In this document: piece by piece, positions 51,136-63,142 of the stretch
Layout of the letters: the number at the start of each line of letters is the position of its first letter
How positions within the stretch are numbered: the first letter of the stretch is position 1
Assembly: GCF_006345805.1 (NCBI RefSeq)
Contig: NC_043022.1
Span: 3,844,001 to 3,908,000, forward strand
DNA from: Octopus sinensis
Taxonomy: Eukaryota
Direction: 5' to 3'
DNA length: 64,000 bases
Program-made: the position numbers and the translations under genes
The notes under the pieces: generated by a model
What the model was told of the DNA's origin: nothing
The model's input: only the letters and a program-made list of their open reading frames with translations
Database searches by the model: none

Positions 51136-52267
51136 AAAGAATATATATATATCATTATCATCATCATCGTCATTTAACGGCCACTTTCCATGCTGGCATG
51201 GGTGGAACGGTTTGACTGAAGTCTGGAGAGCCAGTGGCTGCACCAGGCTCAATTTTATCTGGCAAGGATGCCCTTCCTAATGCCAACCATTCTGAAAGTG
51301 TAGTGGGTACTTTTTACATGCCACCGGCATGGGAGCCAATCAGGCAGTACTGGCATCGACCATGCATGAATTGTGCTTTTTACATGCCACCGGCACGGGT
51401 GCCAGTCAAGTGGTACTGTCATCAGCCACAACAATGACTTCACTTGACTCAACAGATCTTCACAAGTGCAGTTTACTGCCCGATGATTGAAGGGAGCCCT
51501 TAAATGGGCTGGTTGTGCTGCACTGGCTTAGGCCACAGTTACGGTCTCACTTGGCTCACAGAGATAATGATTGAGACCTTTGGCATTGTGTCGTGCTTGA
51601 GAAGAAGACCCTTCAAGCCAAGCAAAATCAGTCATGGCAGATACCAGTGTCACACGAATGGTACCCATGCCAGTGGCACATAAAAGCACCCATTACACAC
51701 TAAGAGTGGTTAGTTTTAGGAAGGGCATCTAGCCAGTGAAACCATGCCAAAACAGACTGGAGTCTGGTGCAGCCCCTCAGCTTTCCAATGATGGTCAAAC
51801 TGAACGTTAAATGATGATGATGATGATGATTCAAAGGTCTTCTTTCAGTTTCTGTCTACCAAATCCACTCACAAGGTTTTGCTAAACCCAAGGCTATAGT
51901 AGAAGATACTTGCCCGATCTGGAACCAAGTGGTTGGTAAAGAAACATCTTACCACACAGCCATGCTTCTGTCTATATATTGGTGAATTATGCAATCATTC
52001 TGATGTCTGTGGCAAGAGAGAATCTAAATTTTGGTACTGTCTTCCGCTGGCTAAGTCCACCTATAGACTGACCCAGAATACACCTGCTTTCAAAATCAGA
52101 CAACTCTTCTTTCTGGTGTTCATGGCATGACTAGTTGCTATAAACAATTTTTTATAAAGCGATCTTTTGCCACTGTTGCATCTGTCTTTTGACAACAGTT
52201 GTCACTCTGACAAATATTGTTATCTTACAAAGTTGTTGACAGAATGGTTTTATCAAGCATTGTGCAA

Positions 52268-52860
52268 GATCGCGATTAAATATGGTTTCTGATTATAAAT
52301 ATCTTGGGTCATACATATCATCATCAGGAAAAGACTTTCTAACTAGAAAGGGTATGGCCTGGTCAGCCTGTAATGACATGCATAAGATCTGGTCATCAAA
52401 TCTAAGTAGAGACTTCATACTTGAAATCTTCAAAGCCACAGTCGAACCAATTCTACTATATGGCTCAGAAACCTGGACGTTATCAAAGAAGCTTGAGAGG
52501 CGGTTGGATGGAACCTACACTCACCTCCTTCTGAGAGCTCAAAATCTCTCGTGGAAGAGTCATTCAACCATGCAAATATATGGGAAACTACCACCTGTGT
52601 CATCTCTTGTGAAAGGTAGGAGAGTCCAGTTTGCTGGACATTGTTGTAGAGCTGAAAAAGAAGTAATTTCTACTCTTCTCCTCTGGAAGCCATCTACTCG
52701 CAATACCAGAGGGCGCACACTCTCCTACCCTGATGTAATCTCCAGGGATACAGGCATCCAGCAACAGGACCTCCATAATGCCATGATGGACCGTGAAGTC
52801 TGGCATAGCATGGTAAATTCCATTGTCTCGACCACGGTCGAACAATGATGAATGATGATG
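52268..52860 (+). mobile_element. 5'-truncated RTE-clade LINE (RT C-terminus) with 13-bp TSD
   Basis: ORF 52282-52848: YKYLGS, LLYGSETWTL, FAGH, RGR..DR..W motifs; TGA-repeat tail; AAGCATTGTGCAA at 52255-52267 and 52861-52873. Confidence 0.92.
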
Positions 52861-53520
52861 AAGCATTGTGCAACCCTCAGTCGTACAATGTCATTACCCT
52901 CAAAGGGCTGGATCATGATAATATCCACTCAGGATCACAGTATAATTACTATATCAGCACAGACATGACTAGCAACACAATCTACATGTACTCTCAACCT
53001 TCCTCCTGTTGACCAGGCTACTGGTGTATTTATAGTGGCTGGGTCCTACCACTTTTTACCAGGTGGTGTATACAGTTTCTCTATACAACACAATTAATAT
53101 ACTGTAATCTGCAAAAACAATACATTAACAAGTTTGAAGCACATTGTAGTGACCACACAGATAAAACAGTATAAATAGGTGGGGGTGTATTTACTTTTGA
53201 GATGTCTGTATGTGAAGAGGGGGTTATACCTATATCTGTCTATCTAGCAAGCTAGCTATCTACACACACACACACAAAACACTTTGTAAGGTGGTTGGTG
53301 TTAGGAAGTGCATCCAACTGTAAAAACCCTGCCAGAACAGTGAAGTTTGGTGCAGTCTTCTGCTCAGTCAGCTCCTATCAAACCGTCCAACCCATGCCAG
53401 CATGGAAAATGGACGTTAAATGATGATGATGATGATGATATATTTATATATTCAACCATAGTTATTTATTATCACATTTCTTCAATGAGTATCTCCCTTT
53501 AGGGACATAAATACCACTGT

Positions 53521-54559
53521 CATGTCATGTCATGTCATGTCCTGTCATGTCATGTCATGTCATGTCCTGTCATGTCATGTCCTGTCATGTCATGTCATGT
53601 CCTGTCATGTCCTGTCCTGTCATGTCATGTCATGTCCTGTCCTGTCATGTCATGTCATGTCATGTCATGTGTCCTGTCATGTCCTGTCATGTCATGTCAT
53701 GTCCTGTCCTGTCTGTCATGCCATGTCATGTCCTGTCATGTCCTGTCATGTCCTGTCATGTCCTGTCATGTCATGTCATGTCCTGTCATGTCATGTCATG
53801 TCCTGTCATGTCCTGTCATGTCATGTCATGTCCTGTCTGTCCTGTCCTGTCCTGTCATGTCATGTCATGTCCTGTCCTGTCATGCCATGTCATGTCATGT
53901 CATGTCCTGTCATGTCCTGTCATGTCCTGTCATGTCATGTCATGTCATGTCCTGTCATGTCATGTCCTGTCATGTCCTGTCCTGTCATGTCATGTCATGT
54001 CCTGTCATGTCCTGTCATGTCATGTCCTGTCCTGTCATGTCCTGTCATGTCATGTCATGTCCTGTCCTGTCATGTCCTGTCATGTCATGTCATGTCCTGT
54101 CCTGTCCTGTCATGCCATGTCATGTCCTGTCATGTCCTGTCATGTCCTGTCATGTCCTGTCATGTCATGTCCTGTCATGTCATGTCCTGTCATGTCCTGT
54201 CATGTCATGTCATGTCCTGTCATGTCATGTCCTGTCATGTCCTGTCATGTCATGTCATGTCCTGTCCTGTCATGTCATGTCATGTCATGTCCTGTCCTGT
54301 CCTGTATGTCATGCCATGTCATGTCCTGTCATGTCATGTCATGTCCTGTCATGTCATGTCATGTCCTGTCATGTCCTGTCATGTCATGTCATGTCCTGTC
54401 ATGTCATGTCATGTCCTGTCATGTCCTGTCATGTCATGTCATGTCATGTCCTGTCCTGACCTGTCATGCCATGTCATGTCCTGTCATGTCCTGTCATGTC
54501 CTGTCATGTCCTGTCATGTCCTGTCCTGTCATGTCATGTCCTGTCATGTCATTTCATGT
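53521..54559 (+). repeat. (CATGT/CCTGT)n pentanucleotide satellite, about 1 kb
   Basis: About 205 pentamers, nearly all CATGT or CCTGT. Confidence 0.97.
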
Positions 54560-54879
54560 GTAATACCACCCCATAGGGCTGACTGTGGGCTGCTAGTGGT
54601 GGAGAGCCACTAGCACCACCACCACCACTACTATTACCAACAGCACCACCAACACCACAAGCACCATTGGCACCACTAGCACTACCACCAACACCACCAC
54701 CACTAGCAACGCCAACACAGTAAGCACCATCAACACCACCACTATCACCAGTAGCACAACCAACAACACCACCACTAACACCACTAGCGCCACAAGAACC
54801 ACTAGCACCTCCAACACCACCACCACCACCACCAGCAGTACCCCCAGCCTGCCTGGGTCTATGCTTGATCCAGGACTGC

Positions 54880-55290
54880 AGCTGAGACAAGAGACGAGCT
54901 GTGAGAAATCGTGTCTGACAAACGGTGACCACACCTGCTCACCGTCTAGGAAGCTCTGGAGATGTCGCAGCCTCAGCGCATGTCCGCACATCAGCAGCCA
55001 CTGCAAACCCGGCCCTCCATTCAGTGAGTGTTGACAGCGAAAAGAGCACCTGACAAGTGGAACACGTTCCTTCCACAGAAAGCAGAAGCACGCGAGCTCC
55101 AGTTTGGTCCGATATGGATGGGTAAGGCACGACGGTCAGGTGATAATATATGACGGAGACGATGTGTGCATTTGTCACTTTGCCAGACCCTTCAGGGATA
55201 GCTTTGTCTAAACCCTTTCTTCGTGACATTGATCTCCATGCTCGTCACCTATTCTCAGTTCTTCTCCAGCTGAAGATCTGGACCAAACCA
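54880..55290 (+). mobile_element. Possible degraded LINE ORF2 C-terminal fragment
   Basis: GC-richer coding-like remnant with ETMCAFVTLP, loosely like Tx1 ET..HA...CP; no intact frame. Confidence 0.3.
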
Positions 55291-55491
55291 GACACTGTTT
55301 TTTTCTTTTTTTCTTTTTCCTTTTTTTTCCCACATTTTCCTCTGTCTTCCCTTTTTCTGTCACATGACTTTGTAAATAAACAATCTGGTGTGTTTATTTT
55401 AATGACCTACCAAGGAATACAGTGAGTTTCTTTGCACTAGGTGTTGGGAAGCCACTCAGCAAGAAATGGGAAACCAAATTGAAAGAAGAAA

Positions 55492-55564
<73 letters not shown>

Positions 55565-56367
55565 GAAATAGTAAGAGAAAAATTAACCATTTGCTCTCAA
55601 TGGATAACTTGAAGCTTTTTTATTAAAAGTGAAAGAGATTTATTCATTAATACAGACTGTAAGACTCTTCAGAAAAAATACAAGCAAGGAAATTGGCACA
55701 GATAGTTGCGTAATATTAGTCACGAGAAGGGGACAGGTAGTCAACATGAAGGCATCCAATTACCAGATGACCAGACATTAAAATCAGTGAAAGAAGGAGA
55801 GAGTTATAAGTATGTAGGAGTATTAGAATCTGACAGAGTACTAACTACAGAAATGAAAGCGAAAATTGAGAAGGAGTAGATCAGAGGAGTGAGGAAGCTA
55901 AGTCAAAGATAATGGCCCAACCTCGTGAGGCTGTAAATATTTGGGAAGTATCATTACTTTTATGACTGGCAGCTTTTGTAGATTGGACGACAACAACAAC
56001 ACAACAACAACAGCGATAAATGATTAATTCATACTTTATTTAGCTGCTAATTACCTTATGTCTTCATTATTTGTTAAGATTTAATTTCTGTTGTGAGACT
56101 GTGGTTAGGTAAAAAAAAGAAAAAAAGCTGTGTGTGTAGCTCGATGTGATAATGTCTGAATAAGTCTGTGTGTGTGTGCATGTGTGTGGTGTTTGCGTAT
56201 GTTTGGTGTGTGTGTGTGTGTGGTGTGTGGTGTGTGTGTGTGGTGTGTGTGTGATGTGTGTGTGTGTGTGTTGTGTGTGGTGTGTGTGTGTGTGTGCTGG
56301 AAGATATGAATGAAAGCAAATAAAGTGAGACAAAGCTCGAAGCTTTCTCTCGATTCCTCATCCGAAA

Positions 56368-56586
56368 TTAAGATTGTGGTTTCTTTTTCTTTTTTTCTTT
56401 CTTTCCTTTCTTCTTTCTGCTATCTTCACTACATTCATCTTCATCACTCGCGCTCAAACTTTGTTCGCTTACACTTTCTTCTCCGCTCACACTTCCTTCT
56501 ATGATCACACTTTTTTGTATGATCACACTTTCTTCTTCGCTGTCGTCTTTTCCTGCAGCTGCGTATTCGGCTGCCTTGCTCGTCAT
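56368..56586 (-). CDS. Terminal exon of unrecognised gene (MTSKAAEYAAAGKDDSEEES...SDEDECSEDSRKKKGKKEKKKKKPQS*)
   Basis: Acceptor tctctctctttttatttatttcag|; in frame with the 59342 exon (phase 0); acidic tract then Lys-rich tail; AATAAA at 56035-56040 downstream. Confidence 0.6.
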   Translation of the reverse strand: MTSKAAEYAAAGKDDSEEESVIIQKSVIIEGSVSGEESVSEQSLSASDEDECSEDSRKKKGKKEKKKKKPQS

Positions 56587-57161
56587 CTGAAATAAATAAA
56601 AAGAGAGAGAATCAACAATCTCTAAAGGGGAAACTTTGAATTATTCTCCCTTCCCCTATGAAGATAGAAAGCTACTATACAGGTTACGTGTATTATATAA
56701 TCCCTTGGTACCGTATGAATTGACAGGCCCCTGTTGACAGGCCACTGACATTTAAGGTACTAACACATACAATATGCGAATTAGCAGCCACAGATTTCTG
56801 CAATTACTGTAACTAATGAGTATATAAATAGATTTCCTTGTGATTAGTCATAATGATGTAGACTCCTCTGATGAGACTACAGTAATCTTCTAAAAGCGAT
56901 TAGTGTTTTCCATTAATCTTTTTTTCTTTAATCTACTGAAAGACAGCTAATCTAGACCCGTTTATATATCAACTGCGTAAATTACATATTCTTCTGCTTT
57001 CAGTCATTTGACTGCGGCCAGGCAGGAGCACAACCTTCAGTCGAACAAATCGACTCCAGGACTTATTCCTTGTAGCCTAGTCTTTCTGTCGGTCCCTGTT
57101 GCCGAACCCCTAAGTTACGGGGACATAAACACACCAACTTCGGTTGTCAAACGATGGTGGA

Positions 57162-57211
<50 letters not shown>

Positions 57212-58229
57212 CATATATATGTATGCGACGGGATTCTTTCAGTTTCCGTCTACCAAATCCACTCACAAGACTTTGGTCAGCCCAAGGCTATAGTAGAACA
57301 CACTTTCCCAAGGTGCCGCGCAGTTGGACTGAACCCGGGACCACGAGGTAGTAAGTAAGCTTCTTGCCACACACCCACTCCTGTGCCTATAATGTATGTA
57401 CTTGTCTCAGGATGATCTCAGGATTATCCTGTTGATAATTTTAATAATTTTTAAAGTCTAAACAAAGCAAGTTAAGACATTAAACCTACAGGTTGATGGT
57501 TAGTTCTATTATCTGGTATTTCAACATTTTAGGGTCAGAACCTGTTCTTCTGGGAATCTACAGAGAAAAGTTGTTGATAAATGATGTTTCTGCTTTGTAG
57601 TGTGTGTATGAATGGCAGTTTTCTCTAAAGTGTTTTGTTTAAATCGGATATGTTTTAAATATGCGAGCTACACTTGTCAATTAAAACAGCTTCTTTTATC
57701 CTTAAGTTCCCATTATTTCTTTCTGTAGATTCAGTGGCAACTTTGACGTCTTGGGTGCAGCATTTGCACAATTTTTTTTTCTTTTGACAGAAGAAGCGTT
57801 AGCATAGAAATGTTCTTGGATCTTTTCGGCAGTTTTTTCTAGCTGTGTCATATGAAATTGTCACCCATAATTATGACCCTAGTATCAATCTATTGCATTT
57901 CAATCTGTTTTAGAGTTAGGGTTAGGGGTTGGGGGAAGGATATTTTTTTTCTTCAGAAATGTAAATAAACCCAATCTGTTTCTTAAACGAGGGACATATT
58001 CATACAGCACGGAATATTTTCACCTCAATAGATGTCATTGATTGGTTGAAATTGCAGAAATTGAAGAAAAAAATCATATATCTTACAAACTATAGAATTT
58101 TCTCAATAAAGCCAAGAGAAAAAGATGTTTTATAAACACATTCTACCAGTATACGAAGTTTAAGAGTGTTTAGTTACTTGGAAATTATTTTTAAAAACTG
58201 CCATTCAAACCGAAAAGATCCATGTTCTT

Positions 58230-59110
58230 TAATGCTTATGAGAACCTTCATATTTCACGTTGAAGAATTGGTCGAGGGCCAATCTCTCTGCGAACACTTC
58301 GGTTGCGATGCCTTTTCTAAAAGCCTCATCTAACTTCCTCACTAGATCTACTTTTACTCTGTTTCTTTCAACTGCAAGTCCCTTGCAAGTCTGTTCTGAT
58401 GGTCCTTTTCAGGGTGAACCACTATTTATAGTTGACGATTGCCTCTGTCAACGGCTTAACTAATTCACTAATCCGGTCTCTGAAATCTTTGTGCACAGAC
58501 GAAGGCGCGTTCAGCTTCCGGTAACCGGATCCATGTCTATGAAGCCTAAGTGGCTCGTTGTGGTCTATGTAGTTGACTATTTTCAATTGTAGAAAACCAT
58601 ACTATCCGTATCTGAAGGATACCCTATCGCAATACGATCTGCATGATCCGATGTGGTTTAACCAGCTCTACACTGGCACATAAAGGAAATTCAGTCGATA
58701 CCTGTCAGACAGTTGGAATCATTTGGGCAAGTTTGCGGGGCTTTCTTCACCCTCCTCCCCTATCTGCTAGCCTACAAAGTCCCCACCAATGTCTAAAATC
58801 CATTCTAATCTTCCACTAATACTAAGGAGTGGAACATTCCCAGAAAGTTCCAGATGCCTGAAGAAATCTGGTCCTCCTGCTCCAATCGGGGCATAGACAG
58901 CAACTATGCCCTTCGATGTCAGTCGCGATCAGTACCACCGACTTACTTTCTGGATCCAGGAGAACATCCGTATTGCAAGATCCAGATTTTTCCGAACCAT
59001 CATGGCGACTCTGCCTCCCGGACGACTTAGAGATGCTAACACCGAGAGCATCGATGATGGATGAATGTGCATCCAGGCTCAGCAGTTGAGTAGGACAACA
59101 GAATAAAAGA
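58230..59110 (-). mobile_element. Degraded L1/Tx1-clade LINE (AP-endonuclease region)
   Basis: Minus-strand pieces DPESKSVVL, AVYAP..PDFFRHLE, IVNYIDH, GSGYRKLNA..KDFRDRI..WFTLKRTIR resemble Tx1/L1 ORF2; many stops and frameshifts. Confidence 0.65.
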
Positions 59111-59341
59111 ACACCCAAGTGTGGGTACGATCCGTTTCGAGTGGGGCCAAGCAGTGTCCGTCCACTCAACATCATTGGAAGTAGACAGATACTCATGTTG
59201 TAAAGGGATCAGAATAATGGAGACTGAAATAACCGTGATTTCTAATCGTACTTCTGCAGCAGACGGAAATATCTACACCTTATTCCGTATTGTAACTATC
59301 ACAGATTATACAGCAAAACAACAACTGAAATAAACACTTAC

Positions 59342-59442
59342 ACTTGCGGCTACCTTTGAACCATGGTGTGCTACTGCACCTGCAGCAGGCTTGACAGCTT
59401 CAAAAGCAACGCGTGCAGCTCGAAGCATATTCAAAACTTCAC
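59342..59442 (-). CDS. Exon of unrecognised small gene (EVLNMLRAARVAFEAVKPAAGAVAHHGSKVAAS)
   Basis: Strong acceptor ttttttctcttctttcag| and consensus donor |gtaagt; only one frame is both stop-free and joins the 56586 exon in frame; ATG at 59428; unique GC-richer sequence among repeats. Confidence 0.65.
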
Positions 59443-60624
59443 CTGAAAGAAGAGAAAAAATAGCGTGAATAGTAATTTCTTAGAAGCAGAGTGTATGATA
59501 TGTATATGAATTGACTATTATATAAATAAATTGATTAATCCGTGTATGTATTCTCCATTTTCTTTTTTGTATTGTAATAAATTTTTTTCCCTCCAATAAA
59601 GAAAAGGTGAAAACATCTATAACGGCAACTGGAATTCCGGATCTTTTCCTTTGAACGGCACATGTCAACACAATTTCTAGTTAACTAAATACTTTTAAAC
59701 TTCGTATACTTGTAGAATGTTTATAAAACATCATTTTTTCTTGGCTTTCTTGAGAAAATTCTCTATGTTGTAACATATTTCCACTTTAATTTCAAGCATT
59801 TCGGCAATTTTAACCAATCGCTGACCTCCTTTTGGGGTGAAAACATTCTGTGCTGTATGAATATGTCCCTCGTTTAAGAAACAGATTGGGTTTATTTACA
59901 TTTGCAAAGAAAAAAAATACCCTTTCCCCACCCCTAACCCTAACCCTAACCCTAACCCAAAAAGAGATTGAAATGCAATAGATTGATACTAGGGTTATAA
60001 TTATGGGTGACATTTTCATTTGACACCGCTAGAAAAAAATCCCATTTTCGTTGCGGTGTCGTATAAAATTGTCACCCATAATTATAACCCTAGTATTGAT
60101 CTATTGCATTTCAATCTATTTTAGATTTAGGGTTAGAGTTAGGGTTAGGGTAAGGGTTAGGGTGAGGGGTGGGGGAAGGGTATCTTTTTTTCTTCGCAAA
60201 TGTAAATAAACCCAATCTGTTTCTTAAACGAGGGACATATTCATACAGCAAGGAATCTTTTCACCCCAAATGGAGGTCAGCGATTGGTTAAAATTGCCAA
60301 AATGCTTGAAATTAAAGTGGAAATATGTTACAACATAGAGAATTTCCTCAAGAAAGCCAAGAAAATATGATCTCTTATTATAAAAGGCAGATTCTATCTG
60401 CCTCCCTTTGTCAGTTATAGAAATCTACAATATAGGATTTCTTCAATTACAATTTACCTAGCATTTTTAAGAGTAGAATGCATCGGTTTTGCCAGGTCCC
60501 ACTTTTTAAAATTTCAACCCCAATTAAGCAAATTTACAGAAAACTCACATTCTGGTTATGAGTCAAATGCTTCTCTTACTGTGGTTTACACCACACGCAA
60601 ACGCACACACAGTGTGCAACGAAG

Positions 60625-61040
60625 AAAATGAAGTAATTCACTTTCTGTAGTGAGTGACTCTTTCACTCTGCCTCCCACTTCCTCTTTACACACATTGACA
60701 CGCAAATATATAAATAAAATTGTCAGCTAACATGCGTGTGTGTGTGTGTGTGTGCGTGTGTGTGTGTGTGAGGGTGCGTGTGTGTGTGTGTGTGTGCGTG
60801 TGCGTGAGTGTCTGACAGGAAAAATGAAAGTAATTCACTTTCTGTAGTGAGTGACTCATTCACTCTGCCTCCCACTTCCTCTTTACACACATATACACGC
60901 AAATATATAAATAAAATTGTCAGCTAACGTGCGTGTGTGTGAGTGTGTGTGTATGTGTGTGTGTGTGTGTGTGTGTGCGTGTGTGTGTGTGAGGGTGCGT
61001 GTGTGTGTGTGCGTGCGTGTGCGTGAGTGTGTGACAGGAA
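60625..61040 (+). repeat. About 200-bp tandem duplication
   Basis: aagtaattcactttctgtagtgagtgactc...gtcagctaac..gacaggaaa occurs twice. Confidence 0.88.
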
Positions 61041-61418
61041 AGTTTTTTAGGACGAATATAAGACCTATATCCAAGTAGCAGAAAGATCGCCCGAAAGTGT
61101 ATATAGATATTTAAATGTATTTATATATTCATCTATAGACAGATGTATGTATAATGTGTGTGTATATATTTCTGGTGTACCTGTATTTCAAAGGGCCAGC
61201 CTTGTCACACTCTGTGTTATGCTGAATCTCACAGAGAACTATGTTAAGCGTACACATGTCTGTGGAGTGCTCAGCCACTTGCCCGTTAATTTCACGAGTA
61301 GGCTGTTTCGTTGATCGGATCATCCTCGCAATTTCAGCTGATTAATCTTGAGATTGTCCCTTTTTGTATCACCAAGTTGTCTGGATGTTTTGCGCTCTTG
61401 TTCCATTTTGTATTTTAT

Positions 61419-61450
<32 letters not shown>

Positions 61451-62182
61451 GCGACCACTAAATTTTGTACGACTTTTTCAACCTTTTCCCGCTTCATTCT
61501 TTCTTTCTCCCCCCTCTCTCACACATTTCTTTCCCTTTCTTACTCATTTTTCGCTTTACTATGTCCCTGTCTCTCTTTTTCTCTCGCCACTCCTTGATTC
61601 TTCTGTCTATCTGCTTCTACAACTCTCTCTCACTCTCGCTCTCTCTTCTCCCCCTCATAATTTTGTTCCTCTTTTTCTCTCTCTTCTCTTCTCACGTAAC
61701 CTATAGGCCAGACTGCTAGCCCTTTTGCGTCTGACCATGGTCACTGCCACATCGATATTCTTCCCTCTGCTGTAAGGCTTCATTTCCACACATGCCAGCT
61801 GAATTCAATTTGTTCCCAGTCGAAAGACACCTGTTGTTATGTCCTGTTATTATTATCATTATTGTTATTTTTATTGTATTTTTGTATTTTTATTCGTGTA
61901 AAATCGTCTGTTTTTCCGTCCTTGTTTTCGTATACATTTCATTCTTTTTTCCAAGGAATCTCTTAGCTTAGTTTTTCCTTGGGGCTAGCCAGATTGGAGG
62001 AATCTCAATTTTAATCAGCCGAAATTGCGAGGCTGATCTGTTTCTTGACTGAGGATAAAAAGCTTCAAATGACCTGTCCTTGTTTTTTTTGTATCGCCTA
62101 TCTGGATGTTTTGTTGTCCCTTTTTGTATTACCTAGTTATCCGAATATTTTTGCATTCTTGTCCTATTTTATATTTTATTTG

Positions 62183-62213
<31 letters not shown>

Positions 62214-62934
62214 TCCTTCTTCTCTCTTCTCTCTCTCTTTGTTGCGTTTGTCCCTCCTCTCTCTCCTCTCTCTCCTCTCTCTCTCTCTCCGTTGCTTCTC
62301 TTTCTTTTCTTTCTCTCTTCTCGTCACGTGACTGCTGCCGAAATCTGCCTTTCAGCTTCTGACCAGCGTCGTGTTAACATCGTTTGTTTTTCGTCCGCCG
62401 CTATAGGCATCGCCGATGAAGGCTCCTTTCCTTGCGCCAGAGAAAGAATGTTTTTGCTTGTTATCAGTCGTAAGACACTTGTTGTTGTTTTTCACCGTTA
62501 ATGCTTCTGTATTTCATGTTTCTGTATTCCATTTATTTTTTTGTTTTATATTCGTCCCTTTTGCTATCCTGGTGTCCGTATGCATTCGATCGTTCTTCCA
62601 GGAAATCTACGCTCCCAGCTTAGTTTTTCTAATGCTCGTTGCTTAGTTTTCTTGGAGGGCTGGCCGTGATCTAGTAATCTCAAGATTAATCAGCCGAAAT
62701 TACTACGATGATCCGGTTCTTGACTGAAGACTGAGGGTTTCGAATGTCCTGTCCGTGTTTATTGTATCGTCTTCTAAGAGTTATACGTTCTTGTCCATGT
62801 TGTATTTTTCTACATACCTTAATATATATATATATATATATATAAAGGGAAAGTTGACGAAAATAAACAAAAGACGAAGGCAGGTTGAGTACAAACAAAC
62901 AAATGTATTAGTATAGTGCTCAGGAATAGAAAAG

Positions 62935-62972
62935 TCTTTTACGTTTCAAGCCTATGCTCTTCGACAGAAAGA
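62935..62972 (-). ncRNA. Minimal type-I hammerhead ribozyme-like motif (Penelope-type)
   Basis: UCUUU-CUGUCGA-A-GAGC(AUAG)GCUU-GAAA-C-GUA|AAAGA: 5-bp stem I, 4-bp stem II, palindromic ACGU stem III; core A6 is replaced by U. Confidence 0.55.
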
Positions 62973-63142
62973 TACACAGAAAAAAACAAGGAGAGAAAAA
63001 AATGCGTGTAGTAGTTAACGATAGCGGCAACATACACTTTGTTTTTATATATATTTTTTAATCCAACGGGAAAACAAAAAAAAAACAACAATGGAACAAT
63101 ACAGTATTATATTAATAGGCGCTCAGGAAATGGAAGCAGGAA

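Larger units (their letters stand above)
57836..60372. repeat. Three copies of a dispersed element carrying (TTAGGG)n-like tracts
   Basis: Copies at 57836-58228 (+), 59639-60038 (-) and 60052-60372 (+); shared gtcacccataattat.accctagtat and aaacccaatctgtttcttaaacgagggacatattcatacagc. Confidence 0.9.

Noticed and set aside
53522-54613. 310-363 aa MSCHV/LSCPV repeat ORFs
   Set aside because: Stop-free only because the pentamer satellite lacks plus-strand stop codons; open in all three frames.
56860-56900. CTGATGA hammerhead-like core
   Set aside because: No matching GAAA or stem III downstream.
59352-59354. Alternative donor AAG|gtagcc
   Set aside because: A consensus gtaagt donor lies 12 nt further on in the same frame and is preferred.
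59342-59442. Selenoprotein reading (CTRCF*SCQACCRC) via TGA read-through
   Set aside because: That frame has two TGAs and no ATG, and no SECIS was identified; unsupported.
59926-60180. True telomere or chromosome fusion site
   Set aside because: TTAGGG runs are short, degenerate and embedded at the same position in a dispersed element.
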